DNA of 64,000 bases from a virus. Its lineage: Duplodnaviria; Caudoviricetes. This document shows positions 10,677 to 21,745 of the stretch, piece after piece (within the stretch, counting starts at the first letter, position 1; every line of letters starts with the position of its first letter). The position numbers and the translations under genes are program-made. Below the pieces are notes generated by a model that was not told where the DNA came from, made no database searches, and was given only the letters and a program-made list of their open reading frames with translations. The stretch is from the IMG/VR virus record IMGVR_UViG_3300028804_000001, positions 128,001-192,000 of that record; one strand, given 5' to 3'.

Positions 10677-11796
10677 AAACTATCTCCACACTGAATGCAG
10701 GAGTGGTTTCTCCTGCAACTAAAATATATATAGTCTCTGCCGTATCAAACGAAGCTGCCTTCAGTGCATTGTAAATAGCCTGCGCATAAGATGCAGTCTT
10801 CAGTATTACATATAAACCATCAGATTCCATCCCCTCTGGAATCATTGATGTTGTATCAAAACTATCAAATGAAAGAATCCTTCGTTCATTCTGTGTCTTT
10901 CTAACCAGGCCGATATAATCGGATCCAGCTATTCCAGAAGCTATCTCATCCATAGCTAGAAGATTAGCTTCTGTTGTGCTATAGAGAGCTCTGGACCTGG
11001 CTGATAACCTGGTCATTAGATTTCTATTTCTTAGTGTCTCTTCTATGATTCTGTCTAATATAGTGCTGATAGTACCTCTAGTTCTGCCAGCCTCTCTGAA
11101 AGCAACGACCAGTTTATATCTCTCATTAGGTCCTTTGAATCTAAAGTTTACACGATGGGAAGGAAACCTCCATACCTTTGGATCCTGCCGGTATTTGATT
11201 CTCTTTTCGAGAAGCTCTGTATCGAAATACTTTCGAATGTGGGGAGCACTTTCAGCACCGAATAATCTTTCCAGAGTATCATTACTTACATATGGTTTAT
11301 AGAGTCTGCGGCCGGCATTCTCCGAGGTGAACCTAGAAGACTCAATTCTTTCAAATCCAGCAATGTATGGTGTATGATAAACAGTTCCAGAGAAATTGTA
11401 AACTATCCTGTACAAATACAGGAATCCTGGTCTAGAATGCGTATCAATATATCTAGTGTTCTGGGTCTTAATGAAATCCGAGATATCTACAAAGGTTGGG
11501 GTCATTCTAAGATTGGCAGCTCTCTGAATAACAGTGAGATTATCATAGTTAGATAAAGCTGGAAGCCAGAAGGCAGATGACATCATCAGCTCATCATTCA
11601 TAAACTGAAGAACAGTTTGTCCTTTTATAGCCTCTCTTATTTCTGCTCTAACCCATTCTTCTGAAAGATCCAGCTCATACTTCTCTAATGTAAACTGATC
11701 AGTATCACTATAACTAGATGGATAATCTCTGTCTAGTATGAGAACAAGTTCACCGGTTTCTTCCCGGATATCTAAATGGAAAGTTCTTATAATCAT
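10669..11796 (-). CDS. Structural protein with an N-terminal Fn3/Ig-like segment (375 aa)
   Basis: RYIDTHSRPGFLYLYRIVY fits the Fn3 pattern y-D-t-x-x-pG-x-x-Y-x-Y-r-v; ATGA overlap with the upstream gene. Confidence 0.55.
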   Translation of the reverse strand: MIIRTFHLDIREETGELVLILDRDYPSSYSDTDQFTLEKYELDLSEEWVRAEIREAIKGQTVLQFMNDELMMSSAFWLPALSNYDNLTVIQRAANLRMTPTFVDISDFIKTQNTRYIDTHSRPGFLYLYRIVYNFSGTVYHTPYIAGFERIESSRFTSENAGRRLYKPYVSNDTLERLFGAESAPHIRKYFDTELLEKRIKYRQDPKVWRFPSHRVNFRFKGPNERYKLVVAFREAGRTRGTISTILDRIIEETLRNRNLMTRLSARSRALYSTTEANLLAMDEIASGIAGSDYIGLVRKTQNERRILSFDSFDTTSMIPEGMESDGLYVILKTASYAQAIYNALKAASFDTAETIYILVAGETTPAFSVEIVYE

Positions 11797-14315
11797 CCGG
11801 CTTTGACCTCAGGAGGATCAGTGTTATATTGATTGATACCAAGCCTTCTTAATTCTGGGGTATCGTTTCCAGTTCTTTTATCATTACTGAGAACTATCTT
11901 AATAGTAATGTTCTTAGGTTTGGTTCCGTCATCGTAATCAAACTCCATACGGAATGTCTCTGGGATGGAGATCGGATTAAAATCAGAATCGAATGTTATA
12001 GTCTTAAGATATTTACCTTCTGCATCTGCAGAAAGAATACTCGCATAATCTGGGATTCTATTGAGATAGATCTTCCCATCAAGAAACGCAAACTGTCTAT
12101 CATCAGTTCCACTATTAAGAACTAGTTCATAAATAGGAACTCTACGAAGTGATGCTTCAAATCCACGGAGTTCTACTTCTGAAGAAGGAATATCTATGAA
12201 TGCACCAGAAGAAAGCTTGGTCTTCTGATTAACCCCCCGGAATGGCTGAGAAGATTCAAATATATAGGATCCGGCAGTGAGAGTAAGAGAAGTCAGAGTG
12301 CTTATATCTTCTCCATTAAGCTTATGGTAGTTTCCAGCTTCGATCTCTGCCTTTGTAAAAGGACCTATCGTAACATCAACATTCCTCTCAGTAGACATGA
12401 ACACTTTATAGTTTCTTGATTCTACCTTATCCTGTAGCTGGATGAGAAAATCTGCATATAGTCTTTCTCCTCTATACGAACCAGATTTAACAAATACGAT
12501 TCTCTTTTTATCGAGCTCTTCTACGATATTGTAATCTGTTCCTTCTACCAGAGTCTTTCCATCGGTGTATATCTTTGTTCCATTTCTAAGAACTGAAGAT
12601 ATCTTATCTGATACATTATCCAAGCTGAAGTAGTATTTAACATTATACTTCACACCAGGGTTAAACGTGTTGGCTGGAACTGTAATTCTATACTTACCAG
12701 AAAATTCACCCGCGGTAAAATCTGAGATCTTAATATTAAGAGGCTTTAGATTCCTATCAGTAAAAGAGTACTCACCTTCAGGATAAACTAAATGAGTAAG
12801 ATCCATAGTATGGTCATCTAGTGGGGCTACCTCTTCTTCAAAGGTTAAATAGATAGGAACTGGATCATAAACAGATTCTTCTGCATTCCATTTAGGTTGG
12901 TAAGTTACTTTCTCATATAGAGTAGTAGTTTTTACTTTCTCTCTTACTATAGACCAGTCCCCGATTCCGCGGAATAGTCTCACACTATCATCAGAGATAG
13001 TTACCTTCTTAAGATCTATAGCCGATGATACATCAGCAATAACGTAGAGCTTTCCACCAAAGGTTTTATCTGGGGATAAATAACTCCAGTCTTTGGCAGT
13101 CTTCTTCTGAGTGTTATGAGAAATAGATTCGGTGAATCTCTTTGTTCCAATTCTAACAAAGTTCTCAGATTTATTCTGCCCTTCTCTAGTTGTTGGTATT
13201 ACGCTAAAGAAGTTAATAGGATTCCCATTAACATCGGAGTCATAAGAGATAAGATGTTTTATAGATGTTCCATCGGGAACTACTTCCTCGTTTACCAATG
13301 AAATGAATTTGGTATCTGTCTTCATATCAATTGGAAGAGTCTCTGCGGTTGCAGTAAATACTCTGGCAGTTCTTCCAAATCTAAACTTGCGCATATTGAA
13401 CTTATAAACATTAACCCCGGCAACTCCAGTAGTAGGAAGCTTTTGGTATACGCTTATAGTTGCGAAACGGATATCTCTTTCAGAGAAAGTGACTACTGCT
13501 CTTTCGCCATTAACTATGTTGGTATAGACAATATCCTGTTTGCCAGTAGGATCTTCCAGCATTACCTGCATGTATTGTCCTACAGCTGATGGCTCGAGGA
13601 AGATATCCAGATTATTTACCCTGGTCAAGTTTACGTTAACTCTGAAGTTAACTCCTATTTGTTCAGTAAGAAGACTATAGACTGTTACGTATACTCCATT
13701 GGAGAAGCTGCTATCTATAAGTGATACCTTATTGCCTTTAATCTCCGGGGAGAATTTATCATCTCCTACTACACCAGCAAATCTATCCACAGAGATATTA
13801 ATTGCATCCGGACTGAGATTAAGGCTAGATTGTGGTTCAGACTGAGATGTAAAAAGCTTCAATCCAGAGGACGATGTATCTGCATCCGTAGTCTTCTCAT
13901 TTAATCCGGATTTAAAATCTACTTCTGTAGTGAAGCCGGCTATGAACTGATCAGAGGTAAAGAATACAGCATCATTGGTAATCTTTCTAATCTTCTTGGA
14001 ATAGATAAGTTTATTGATCTCATTAAGCAGAACTCTTTCTCTAACTGTTTCGTAGAACTTATCTAAATAATCGCTGATTGTAGAAGCATCTATACTAATA
14101 AGATCCAGTTCCGCGGTAAGAGAATCCAAATCCATTGGTTCCTCAAATGGTTGAGCTCTATAGAACCCACTCATAGGAAACCATGGTTCTCGTGCCTTTA
14201 CTTTCTCTCTAAGAGATATGATATCTCTTATATCCAGGATTCTATTAGCAAATGTATTACGGTGTAAATACTGCTTGAGTGTATTGTTTATCTTATCTGT
14301 AATTATTGATAACAT
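11793..14315 (-). CDS. Uncharacterised virion structural protein (840 aa), paralogous family
   Basis: N-terminal coiled-coil-like region; internal EEVVPDGTSIKHLISYD...FFSVIP; C-terminal IKIVLSNDKRTGNDTPELRRLGI; TAATG coupling. Confidence 0.65.
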   Translation of the reverse strand: MLSIITDKINNTLKQYLHRNTFANRILDIRDIISLREKVKAREPWFPMSGFYRAQPFEEPMDLDSLTAELDLISIDASTISDYLDKFYETVRERVLLNEINKLIYSKKIRKITNDAVFFTSDQFIAGFTTEVDFKSGLNEKTTDADTSSSGLKLFTSQSEPQSSLNLSPDAINISVDRFAGVVGDDKFSPEIKGNKVSLIDSSFSNGVYVTVYSLLTEQIGVNFRVNVNLTRVNNLDIFLEPSAVGQYMQVMLEDPTGKQDIVYTNIVNGERAVVTFSERDIRFATISVYQKLPTTGVAGVNVYKFNMRKFRFGRTARVFTATAETLPIDMKTDTKFISLVNEEVVPDGTSIKHLISYDSDVNGNPINFFSVIPTTREGQNKSENFVRIGTKRFTESISHNTQKKTAKDWSYLSPDKTFGGKLYVIADVSSAIDLKKVTISDDSVRLFRGIGDWSIVREKVKTTTLYEKVTYQPKWNAEESVYDPVPIYLTFEEEVAPLDDHTMDLTHLVYPEGEYSFTDRNLKPLNIKISDFTAGEFSGKYRITVPANTFNPGVKYNVKYYFSLDNVSDKISSVLRNGTKIYTDGKTLVEGTDYNIVEELDKKRIVFVKSGSYRGERLYADFLIQLQDKVESRNYKVFMSTERNVDVTIGPFTKAEIEAGNYHKLNGEDISTLTSLTLTAGSYIFESSQPFRGVNQKTKLSSGAFIDIPSSEVELRGFEASLRRVPIYELVLNSGTDDRQFAFLDGKIYLNRIPDYASILSADAEGKYLKTITFDSDFNPISIPETFRMEFDYDDGTKPKNITIKIVLSNDKRTGNDTPELRRLGINQYNTDPPEVKAG

Positions 14316-15979
14316 TAGATTCCGAATGTCTCCTTAACTCTGATAAGATAGCCAAATACTTTAGGAGCAAGAGAGGATCCTGAGTTATCCATTACTATCT
14401 TTAGCTTTACTCTACCGCTTGCTAAAACATTCTCTCTAGCAGGATCCCTAGAATCAAATATCAAACGGTTCTTTAATCCTGCTGGCGGAAGCTGCCGATT
14501 GACCGGCCAAATTTCTATAAAGTTTGTTCCATCGGTAGAAAGGAGATATTTAATAGAAGCTGAAGTAAGTCCCTCTGGAATTAATTCATTTACATTAATC
14601 TCAACAGATTGTATCTCATTTCCTCTTCCAAAGAATGAGCTTATATATTCCCCTCTATCTGACATTTGGATAGTTTGGAAATCCAGCTTTCTAATAGCTA
14701 AGAATCTTTTACTTATAGATTTCTTAATCGGCTCCCTTCTTCCTGTGGTTAGAGCCTGTTCTATATCAGCAGTATTGATTCCTGTTCTTTCAATGGTCAA
14801 TTCACTATTGAAGATGAAATCCTGAATGTAGAGACTTTCAAAATAATTGAATACTCTAATTACTCTATCCTCATTATCGAGGACCTGATACTCTTGATAT
14901 TCAATCTCTTTAGAGTTGGCACATTCGAATACTACTTTGATAGCACTTACTGCAGTTTGGTTGATCAGTATTTTAATAGATGAATAGTTCTGATTGTTTC
15001 CAGGCTTGATAGTCTTGTTATCTGGCTGCGGTTGTAATCCTCTTACTACCAATCCTTTCGAAAAGATACTATCTGTAATATCTTCAAAAGTAGGATTACT
15101 GTTTCTTTGGATGAGTATCTTAGATATCTTAGGGAAATCAGAACACTGGCCAAACTCTATGTTGAGAGTTCCGATTGCCTGATCTGGATTGAGGAAAGTA
15201 TAGTTAATAGCAGCAGTAAGAGTTCCTTCTTCATAGCTTTCAACGTAGAAGGTATCCTCATTATCCTGTTGTAAATTTCCAGGCTGTGGTAGATTTCTAA
15301 ATATAGGATTTAGATCTATGAATTTTCCAAAGTAATACCCAGAGGTAAACAGCTTCTCTGTTTGTATCTTTGCATTAGATCCATCGCGGATAAATAACTT
15401 CTTACCACTTATCTCTACCGATTTATCAGTGAGTGGAATATAAGGTATTTCTGCATTCTCTATAAATGGAACTGTAAGGCAACCTTCAGTAGTATTAATA
15501 TTAAGAGTGTTACTAAAAACAGAATCATGTCCATTAAACATAACCGAGTTATAATTTTCATCTCGGATAGAGTTGGTGGTAGTATTAGTTATGACCCCCT
15601 CTGCTGCAGTCATAAGCGGATCCAGAGAAGCCATATACTTATTTAGATAGGTGGTTACTGATTCTGTATTATCTGCTAGGAATGAAAGATGATCTTTTAG
15701 ATTAATAGATCTAAGATGCTGGAGACCATTGAATACTTTCAGGTTACCAAAGAAAGCATTGAGTTCTTCTGGTGTCCTAACCCAATGCCTTTCAATACCT
15801 ATCCATCTGAGTCCAAGGAATTCTCTGATTCTAATAAGGCTTGATTGGACGATCTTATAGAAGTCGTTAGAGAATGATCTAAAAGACACATTAGACTTAT
15901 CGATAATTCCTTCGATTTCAGTCTTAACAAAGTCTTCTTTAGGATCAGTGATAGACAGCAGTTTTCTGTTTAGAATCAT
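14315..15979 (-). CDS. Uncharacterised virion structural protein (554 aa), paralogous family
   Basis: Internal NELIPEGLTSASIKYLLSTDGTNFIEIWP and C-terminal VKLKIVMDNSGSSLAPKVFGYLIRV parallel the 840-aa gene; TAATG coupling on both sides. Confidence 0.65.
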   Translation of the reverse strand: MILNRKLLSITDPKEDFVKTEIEGIIDKSNVSFRSFSNDFYKIVQSSLIRIREFLGLRWIGIERHWVRTPEELNAFFGNLKVFNGLQHLRSINLKDHLSFLADNTESVTTYLNKYMASLDPLMTAAEGVITNTTTNSIRDENYNSVMFNGHDSVFSNTLNINTTEGCLTVPFIENAEIPYIPLTDKSVEISGKKLFIRDGSNAKIQTEKLFTSGYYFGKFIDLNPIFRNLPQPGNLQQDNEDTFYVESYEEGTLTAAINYTFLNPDQAIGTLNIEFGQCSDFPKISKILIQRNSNPTFEDITDSIFSKGLVVRGLQPQPDNKTIKPGNNQNYSSIKILINQTAVSAIKVVFECANSKEIEYQEYQVLDNEDRVIRVFNYFESLYIQDFIFNSELTIERTGINTADIEQALTTGRREPIKKSISKRFLAIRKLDFQTIQMSDRGEYISSFFGRGNEIQSVEINVNELIPEGLTSASIKYLLSTDGTNFIEIWPVNRQLPPAGLKNRLIFDSRDPARENVLASGRVKLKIVMDNSGSSLAPKVFGYLIRVKETFGI

Positions 15980-16260
15980 TAATCGGTCTCCGGCAACTGC
16001 TCTTCTTTATCGTTAATAATAGGAAGCTCTGTGCCCTGCAAGAGAAATTCTTCCAACATGCGGTTACGTTCCTTCTCTGTATTTGTAGCTTCCACTAACC
16101 ACTTCTCAGCTTCATCTCTGATTTGGCGGATATCCTTTATGAGCCTGAGCCAGTTAAGATATACCCCGAGCTGGTCAGAAGCCCTATCCCACTTCTCCAT
16201 GAGCTCTTCTCTAGTTTTTGCATCATATGCAAGTTTAACAATTCTCTCATAGCTTCTCAT
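15979..16260 (-). CDS. Small helical/coiled-coil protein (93 aa)
   Basis: Fills the gap exactly with ATGA and TAATG overlaps; charged amphipathic helix. Confidence 0.65.
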   Translation of the reverse strand: MRSYERIVKLAYDAKTREELMEKWDRASDQLGVYLNWLRLIKDIRQIRDEAEKWLVEATNTEKERNRMLEEFLLQGTELPIINDKEEQLPETD

Positions 16261-19004
16261 CTTCTTGTTGCCATAAGCACCGTGTAATCGTTAATCTCTG
16301 GGGTGGTAAAATACTTGCTAGCATCTCCCTTAAACATCTGAAGTTCGAGAGAGAAGCTATTGCCTATTGTATAATAGAGCACAGTAATCTGAGCCTGCCC
16401 AGGATCATTGGCGAATACAATGGTGTTCCCTTGTACAGTGTATGTTATATCTCTCTCGTCGAAAACTTCCTCTTCCTGATCATCCCGATACTTCGTTACA
16501 TTAAAAGCTTTTCGGTTGTTTACTTTAACAACTATAGGCTCATAAGTTACGCTGAAATTATCGGTATGGAAAAACATCCCGCGGCTAAGTTTCCACTTAG
16601 GACCTTGGAGTATTTTGATGTCAGTATATGGGAACCTGGTAAGCTGTACGCTGGAATCAGTAGTTCCATTAAATACTTCTTTATCGTTGTGGTTTAATAT
16701 GTTGCTCGAAAGTAGAACATAATCATAGAACAAGGGCATATAATGAACCCGGATGTCCTTACCATTCTTAAACCACTCTAACGGTAAGTTGATTACTGTC
16801 TTATTCTTGATATCTCCAGTAGAATCGATTCCGTATTGATGCTCATCTGAAGGAACAAAGAGGATCTTATCTACTTCAATAACTATCATATTCTTGATAT
16901 AGCTATTGGGTAGAGTAAAGGTAAGAAGACCACTGGGTGGTGGTGATGTAATATCTGACCACTTCTTCACTTCAGTAGAATTATGATACAGTCTTTGATT
17001 CTTAAGGATCGTATAGACTTCATTATCAACATCTACTACTTTGTTTTCTGGTATATAATAGTAATCATTGGTATTAAAGAGGCTTGCCTCTGAAAGGGTA
17101 GGAGTATAGGCATCAGCCGGTACGATACCCTTTGCTCCAGTCTTAGGAAGAAGAGCATATACGATCCCTCCCAGATCCCCGTCTATCCCTATGTAGGTTA
17201 TCTCAACACCTTCTTTAAATGATACGATTCTATCATCATCTGACTTAATGAATACATAATCGTTAAGATTGTAAGTGAGGAAGTTAATATCTACGTTTGG
17301 CTTTCCTGCCACTTTAACCATATCTATCCGGGTAGGTTCGTAAGCAGTATTGTTGTGATCCTTTGCTGCCGGATAGTAGGTCATTGTAAGGATAGAACTC
17401 TCATGCGCAGCGGGAGCTGTTATGAGAAGAGACCATCCAGTTGGAGTCTTGGCATAGAAGGAATAATCAGAAGAAGCAAGGAGCTGGCCGTCTAGATATA
17501 ACTCTGCACCCTCTTTAAAATCACCATCTACTATCTCGGGAATAAAGTTGGTGCTGGCTAGATATTGGTTATTGGTAAGATCGAAAATAGTAAGAAGTGT
17601 AGAGTCTGCAACTCTGCCGAATTCATCCAGAGTTGCTATAGGCAATCTTCTGGTATTGATATTGATGAAAGCCATCTCAACAGCTTCTCGAATTGTAAAG
17701 GTAGTCTTCTTTGTAACATCTAATGAAAATGCTACGATGTTGCCATTTACAGTTATGTCCTTGGATCTGAATGTTCCAAATGGTTCATACGAGATATTCT
17801 CTATAGCAAATAGTGTAAGACCGAGGATATAGTTTCTATCCCCATCATCGATGGTGGACTTCTCAATTTGATTTAAAACTCTATCTCTATCAAACAATAC
17901 ATTCTGGTTCTTAAGCGGGTTCATTCCATACAGTTCAGTTTTACGCTTAAGTTCATATTCTTTTAACTTCATCTGGAACTCATCCAGATCTAACTGCCGG
18001 TCATATGAGAAGCTCCCATTAACTCTGACATAATCTTTCTGTCCAAATACAATAAGAACTTCTGCTGCATTAATGATATCAGTGTCACCATTAATATCAG
18101 CTACTATGTTAAGCTCTTTGGCCGTATCTTCTCTATTTTGGTAGAAGGATATATTGGCAGTCTTAAGAGATATAGAATTAAGATCCTGGTTATATACTTC
18201 AGAATAAAACACACCAAGGACATCCATTACATCGGTTGAGAAGTAGCTGAATGTTATCCTATTAAGCTGCTGAACAGAAGGAAACTGAACTCTCAGGAGC
18301 ATTACAACTCCCTGATAGTCTTCTAGATTAAGGACAGAATAGTTTTTGTTTCGCGTGAAATTCTTTGAAGCCATAGAAACAAACCATGGCTTAAGAGGAT
18401 CTCTGCTATAGATATTATCGATAGGTGCCTGATCTACGATACTAACACCTTCCGTAAGTATTTCATAGGATATATTAGATCTCTCTTTTGTAGAGAGAAG
18501 CTTACCGGATCCGTTTAATCTTAATGAGCCGGTTACTTTGTTTACAGCAAGTTTACGCTCAGTCCCTTCAAAGTTATTATCATAGTTAAAGGTCTCATGA
18601 ACTAGAGTGTTATACAAACCCTTCTGAGAACTAATCTTCTTAAATACTCTGATCTTAGATTCATAATCCAGGATCCTATTAATTACTGGAACAACAGTGT
18701 TTTCATGAAGCTGTTCGATTTCCTGTAATCCAGAAGCCAGGTTCTCTAATCTTTTGTACGTAATGAGGTGATCAATAAACGATCCCTCCATACGCTTGTT
18801 CAGTTCTTCTACAGCTACATAGCTCTTTGGCTCTAATTGATCTCTTGGAATAAAAGACTGAAAGATCTCTACAGTATCTAGTTGGGATCCAATACGATCA
18901 ATATCTGCCTGCTTACGGAACAGCTTACTGTTGCGCAGCGTAGTAAGAATTATATCCCTTATTTCAACAATAGGGCTCTTGAGTCTGAACTTAAGATTAG
19001 CCAT
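16257..19004 (-). CDS. Uncharacterised virion structural protein (915 aa), paralogous family
   Basis: N-terminal coiled coil; beta-sandwich-like body; C-terminal FSLELQMFKGDASKYFTTPEINDYTVLM shares the family pattern. Confidence 0.65.
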   Translation of the reverse strand: MANLKFRLKSPIVEIRDIILTTLRNSKLFRKQADIDRIGSQLDTVEIFQSFIPRDQLEPKSYVAVEELNKRMEGSFIDHLITYKRLENLASGLQEIEQLHENTVVPVINRILDYESKIRVFKKISSQKGLYNTLVHETFNYDNNFEGTERKLAVNKVTGSLRLNGSGKLLSTKERSNISYEILTEGVSIVDQAPIDNIYSRDPLKPWFVSMASKNFTRNKNYSVLNLEDYQGVVMLLRVQFPSVQQLNRITFSYFSTDVMDVLGVFYSEVYNQDLNSISLKTANISFYQNREDTAKELNIVADINGDTDIINAAEVLIVFGQKDYVRVNGSFSYDRQLDLDEFQMKLKEYELKRKTELYGMNPLKNQNVLFDRDRVLNQIEKSTIDDGDRNYILGLTLFAIENISYEPFGTFRSKDITVNGNIVAFSLDVTKKTTFTIREAVEMAFININTRRLPIATLDEFGRVADSTLLTIFDLTNNQYLASTNFIPEIVDGDFKEGAELYLDGQLLASSDYSFYAKTPTGWSLLITAPAAHESSILTMTYYPAAKDHNNTAYEPTRIDMVKVAGKPNVDINFLTYNLNDYVFIKSDDDRIVSFKEGVEITYIGIDGDLGGIVYALLPKTGAKGIVPADAYTPTLSEASLFNTNDYYYIPENKVVDVDNEVYTILKNQRLYHNSTEVKKWSDITSPPPSGLLTFTLPNSYIKNMIVIEVDKILFVPSDEHQYGIDSTGDIKNKTVINLPLEWFKNGKDIRVHYMPLFYDYVLLSSNILNHNDKEVFNGTTDSSVQLTRFPYTDIKILQGPKWKLSRGMFFHTDNFSVTYEPIVVKVNNRKAFNVTKYRDDQEEEVFDERDITYTVQGNTIVFANDPGQAQITVLYYTIGNSFSLELQMFKGDASKYFTTPEINDYTVLMATRR

Positions 19005-20896
19005 TATACATCCGGCTCCAATTCGATTTCAAAGTGGAACCCTTCTCTGGTATGTCTTTCCACCGTTGCTCTAATGTGATTGTTAGTCTTTTCCGTTGCA
19101 GTGGCTTTTGGATTTGGAGATCTTAAAGTATCCTCATCGTTGGCCATATATCTATCGAAAAGATTATCCCAGATAGACTGTTTGATTCTAATAAGAAGCC
19201 GGCCGGATATATCTATTGCTTCTCCGTTCCAGTATGTCCAGTCTCCACAATATTCATATTCCTTAATGAATCCACCACCACGTACACGAGAATCGTACAT
19301 GGTAATGAAATCCTCATCTACAGGAGTATCTACATAGAATATTCCCATTGGAAATGCTGTTGCATGAGAAGCAGGAACATTAAGATAGCTCTTTACTTCT
19401 TCTAGAATAGAAGCTCTATTGATTGCAAAGTATTGGAGAAAATCACGGCTGGCCCAGATAAGCTGAGTTCCATTATTAAATCTACTGAGTCGGTGTACAA
19501 ATATACTTCTAGTAGAGTTCGCTTTTAAATACTCCGAAGGAACAATATAGTATATATGATAAAAGTTAAAGGCAGTAGGATCTATGATCGGATTAACATT
19601 GTTTTCAATCAGAATACGCTTATCCAGGGTCCTATAAGATACCCTAACTCTATTATTTAAACCAAGATCCTGTTTAAATCTTACTATCTTCTCTTCAGTA
19701 GAGACACCAACAATTTCGATAGGAGCATTAGAAGTTTCTTCAAATGCTTCTATACCAACAACATTACCATCTCTATCAATTTCCCAGAGTGGGCGTTTGG
19801 TAATTCTAACCTCGTTCTTATTTATGTATTCTCCTGTCTCTTCTACCTTATCGATGGTTCTTCCTTGGGTAAGCTCTGGAGGAGTAAATGAATAGGTAAT
19901 ATGATTCAGCTTATCTCTATATACATACGAGTTTCCCTCGAGGATAATTCTCCAGGGGATTAGAGTGCTTGCATTAAGTGGTTTAGATAGAAACAATTTA
20001 GTATATACATTGTCTCTCTGACGAAAGGAGAACTTCTTGAATATGTTCTCATTATTCTTACTCTGGGATGAAATAACACGGAAGTTGTTATCCATAAATG
20101 GAACAACGGCAAATACATTCTTCTCGTTGTTATCGGTATCTCCAATGAACTGCTCTTCTATTCTCTGATAGATCCTGGTAGGATTAGTTCTTTCTGTAAT
20201 ACGTTCTGTATCACCATTGGGAAGCTTATGAGAATATACTACATCAAGGGGAGCTGAACTCTCTGTATAGATTGTACAGATATATTCATCAGGTGCTGCT
20301 TTCTCATATTGAATAGCATACCTGGATCTATCTGATTGTGAGATCTCTATATTGTTTAGAAGGGTCTCGAATGTTACCTCGAGATCAAATAATACACCAA
20401 GATTAAGAGTAAGTGTTCTACTAATATAGTTCAGGTAATATTCAATAATGTTGGCTCTTGATCCAGAAGGAAGAATTCTGTGAAGTTTCTCGGATCTATA
20501 AGTAATAATCCTTTCAGCCGGAGCCAAAGCCTGAATAGTAACCTTCCCTGGAATATTCTTCTGAGTGTACTTTCCCTCTGTGGCAGTTCTATTAAATACA
20601 GATACGTTAAGAGTATGCTTAAACCATAAAGGGAGTTCGCTCTTTAACTTCTGATCATAGAAATATACATCAGTTAAATCAATATTAGAGAACGGACTCT
20701 TTATATCGAGTTCTGTAATGCCTTCGAAGTGTTTAGTATTGGATTGAATAAAACCAATAGCCGGAGATGGATTTCCAGGAATAGCTGCAGATACATCATA
20801 ACCAAGAATTACATCCTGGCTTCGAATATCAACTGGCTCCACTAAAGCTAGAGGAACATCCTTTTCACCAACGGTATTCTTTATGTCGAAAAACAT
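19004..20896 (-). CDS. Uncharacterised baseplate-region structural protein (630 aa)
   Basis: Coupled ORF with a motif-like C-terminal block YDSRVRGGG...GDWTYWNGE; function not recognised. Confidence 0.6.
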   Translation of the reverse strand: MFFDIKNTVGEKDVPLALVEPVDIRSQDVILGYDVSAAIPGNPSPAIGFIQSNTKHFEGITELDIKSPFSNIDLTDVYFYDQKLKSELPLWFKHTLNVSVFNRTATEGKYTQKNIPGKVTIQALAPAERIITYRSEKLHRILPSGSRANIIEYYLNYISRTLTLNLGVLFDLEVTFETLLNNIEISQSDRSRYAIQYEKAAPDEYICTIYTESSAPLDVVYSHKLPNGDTERITERTNPTRIYQRIEEQFIGDTDNNEKNVFAVVPFMDNNFRVISSQSKNNENIFKKFSFRQRDNVYTKLFLSKPLNASTLIPWRIILEGNSYVYRDKLNHITYSFTPPELTQGRTIDKVEETGEYINKNEVRITKRPLWEIDRDGNVVGIEAFEETSNAPIEIVGVSTEEKIVRFKQDLGLNNRVRVSYRTLDKRILIENNVNPIIDPTAFNFYHIYYIVPSEYLKANSTRSIFVHRLSRFNNGTQLIWASRDFLQYFAINRASILEEVKSYLNVPASHATAFPMGIFYVDTPVDEDFITMYDSRVRGGGFIKEYEYCGDWTYWNGEAIDISGRLLIRIKQSIWDNLFDRYMANDEDTLRSPNPKATATEKTNNHIRATVERHTREGFHFEIELEPDV

Positions 20897-21744
20897 TACA
20901 GATCCTTATCTAGCTTAGTATCATTATCAGGGTTTTGAGAAAGACGCTGCAGAATATCTTCTATACTATTCAGTGCTACCATCATTCCTTTAATCGTCTC
21001 TTCTAACAAGAAGTCCGAGTTTGAAGTTGGCATAGTAAAGCTAGTTTCAATAGCTTCACCAAATTCGAAGTTAAGATAGTCGTTTAAAGAACTGAGCTCT
21101 GTAGAGATCTCGTTAATATGAAGCAGGGATATTGGGGTAATATACTTAATAAGGTTGTTGGATCCTCTATTCTGATTATCTGGTCCACCAATCCACAGCG
21201 GTCTATTCTGTTTTAAGAAAAGCCAGGCATCATCAATACCATGTCTTAATCCAGCAACAAGATCATAAGAAGCCCCACTGGATACTCTTTGAAATGTTAC
21301 ACCGTATTTCTTATTCAGATTATCTATAGTATCATCTGAGAATAGAACATCCGGAGAAAGAGGAACATATTTAGCATATACGATTCCAATATCAGTGCTA
21401 TCCCCAGTTGGAACAACGTGTATTAATCTAACCTTACGAAGGGAAGAGTTATATGTGAAGTGAGTTCCAGCTGTAAGTTTTCTACCATTCTGGTAAACTT
21501 CAACTGTCCCACTTCTAGCTTTCATTGTAGTGTTATAGCTATCCCTAATAAGAGAAGATGGAAACCTGAAGTTATATTCCTGGAAGAATGCCAGGTTCTC
21601 AGAACGAAGTTCGAACGGACGTAGTATATCAAATACTACCCTGTTATAGAAAATGTTCTGCTTACTCTCGGGGAGAGTAGCTCCATCAAATGGCGAAGGC
21701 CATTGGGTTAATGCGTATCTTTTATCTTCTTTAACCCAGCCCAT
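20896..21744 (-). CDS. Uncharacterised structural protein (~282 aa; start revised from 21774)
   Basis: ATG at 21744 lies 1 nt after the upstream TAA (21746-21748), matching the coupling pattern better than a 29-nt overlap. Contains a VEVYQNGRKLTAGTHFTY beta motif. Confidence 0.6.
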   Translation of the reverse strand: MGWVKEDKRYALTQWPSPFDGATLPESKQNIFYNRVVFDILRPFELRSENLAFFQEYNFRFPSSLIRDSYNTTMKARSGTVEVYQNGRKLTAGTHFTYNSSLRKVRLIHVVPTGDSTDIGIVYAKYVPLSPDVLFSDDTIDNLNKKYGVTFQRVSSGASYDLVAGLRHGIDDAWLFLKQNRPLWIGGPDNQNRGSNNLIKYITPISLLHINEISTELSSLNDYLNFEFGEAIETSFTMPTSNSDFLLEETIKGMMVALNSIEDILQRLSQNPDNDTKLDKDL

Positions 21745-21745
21745 T

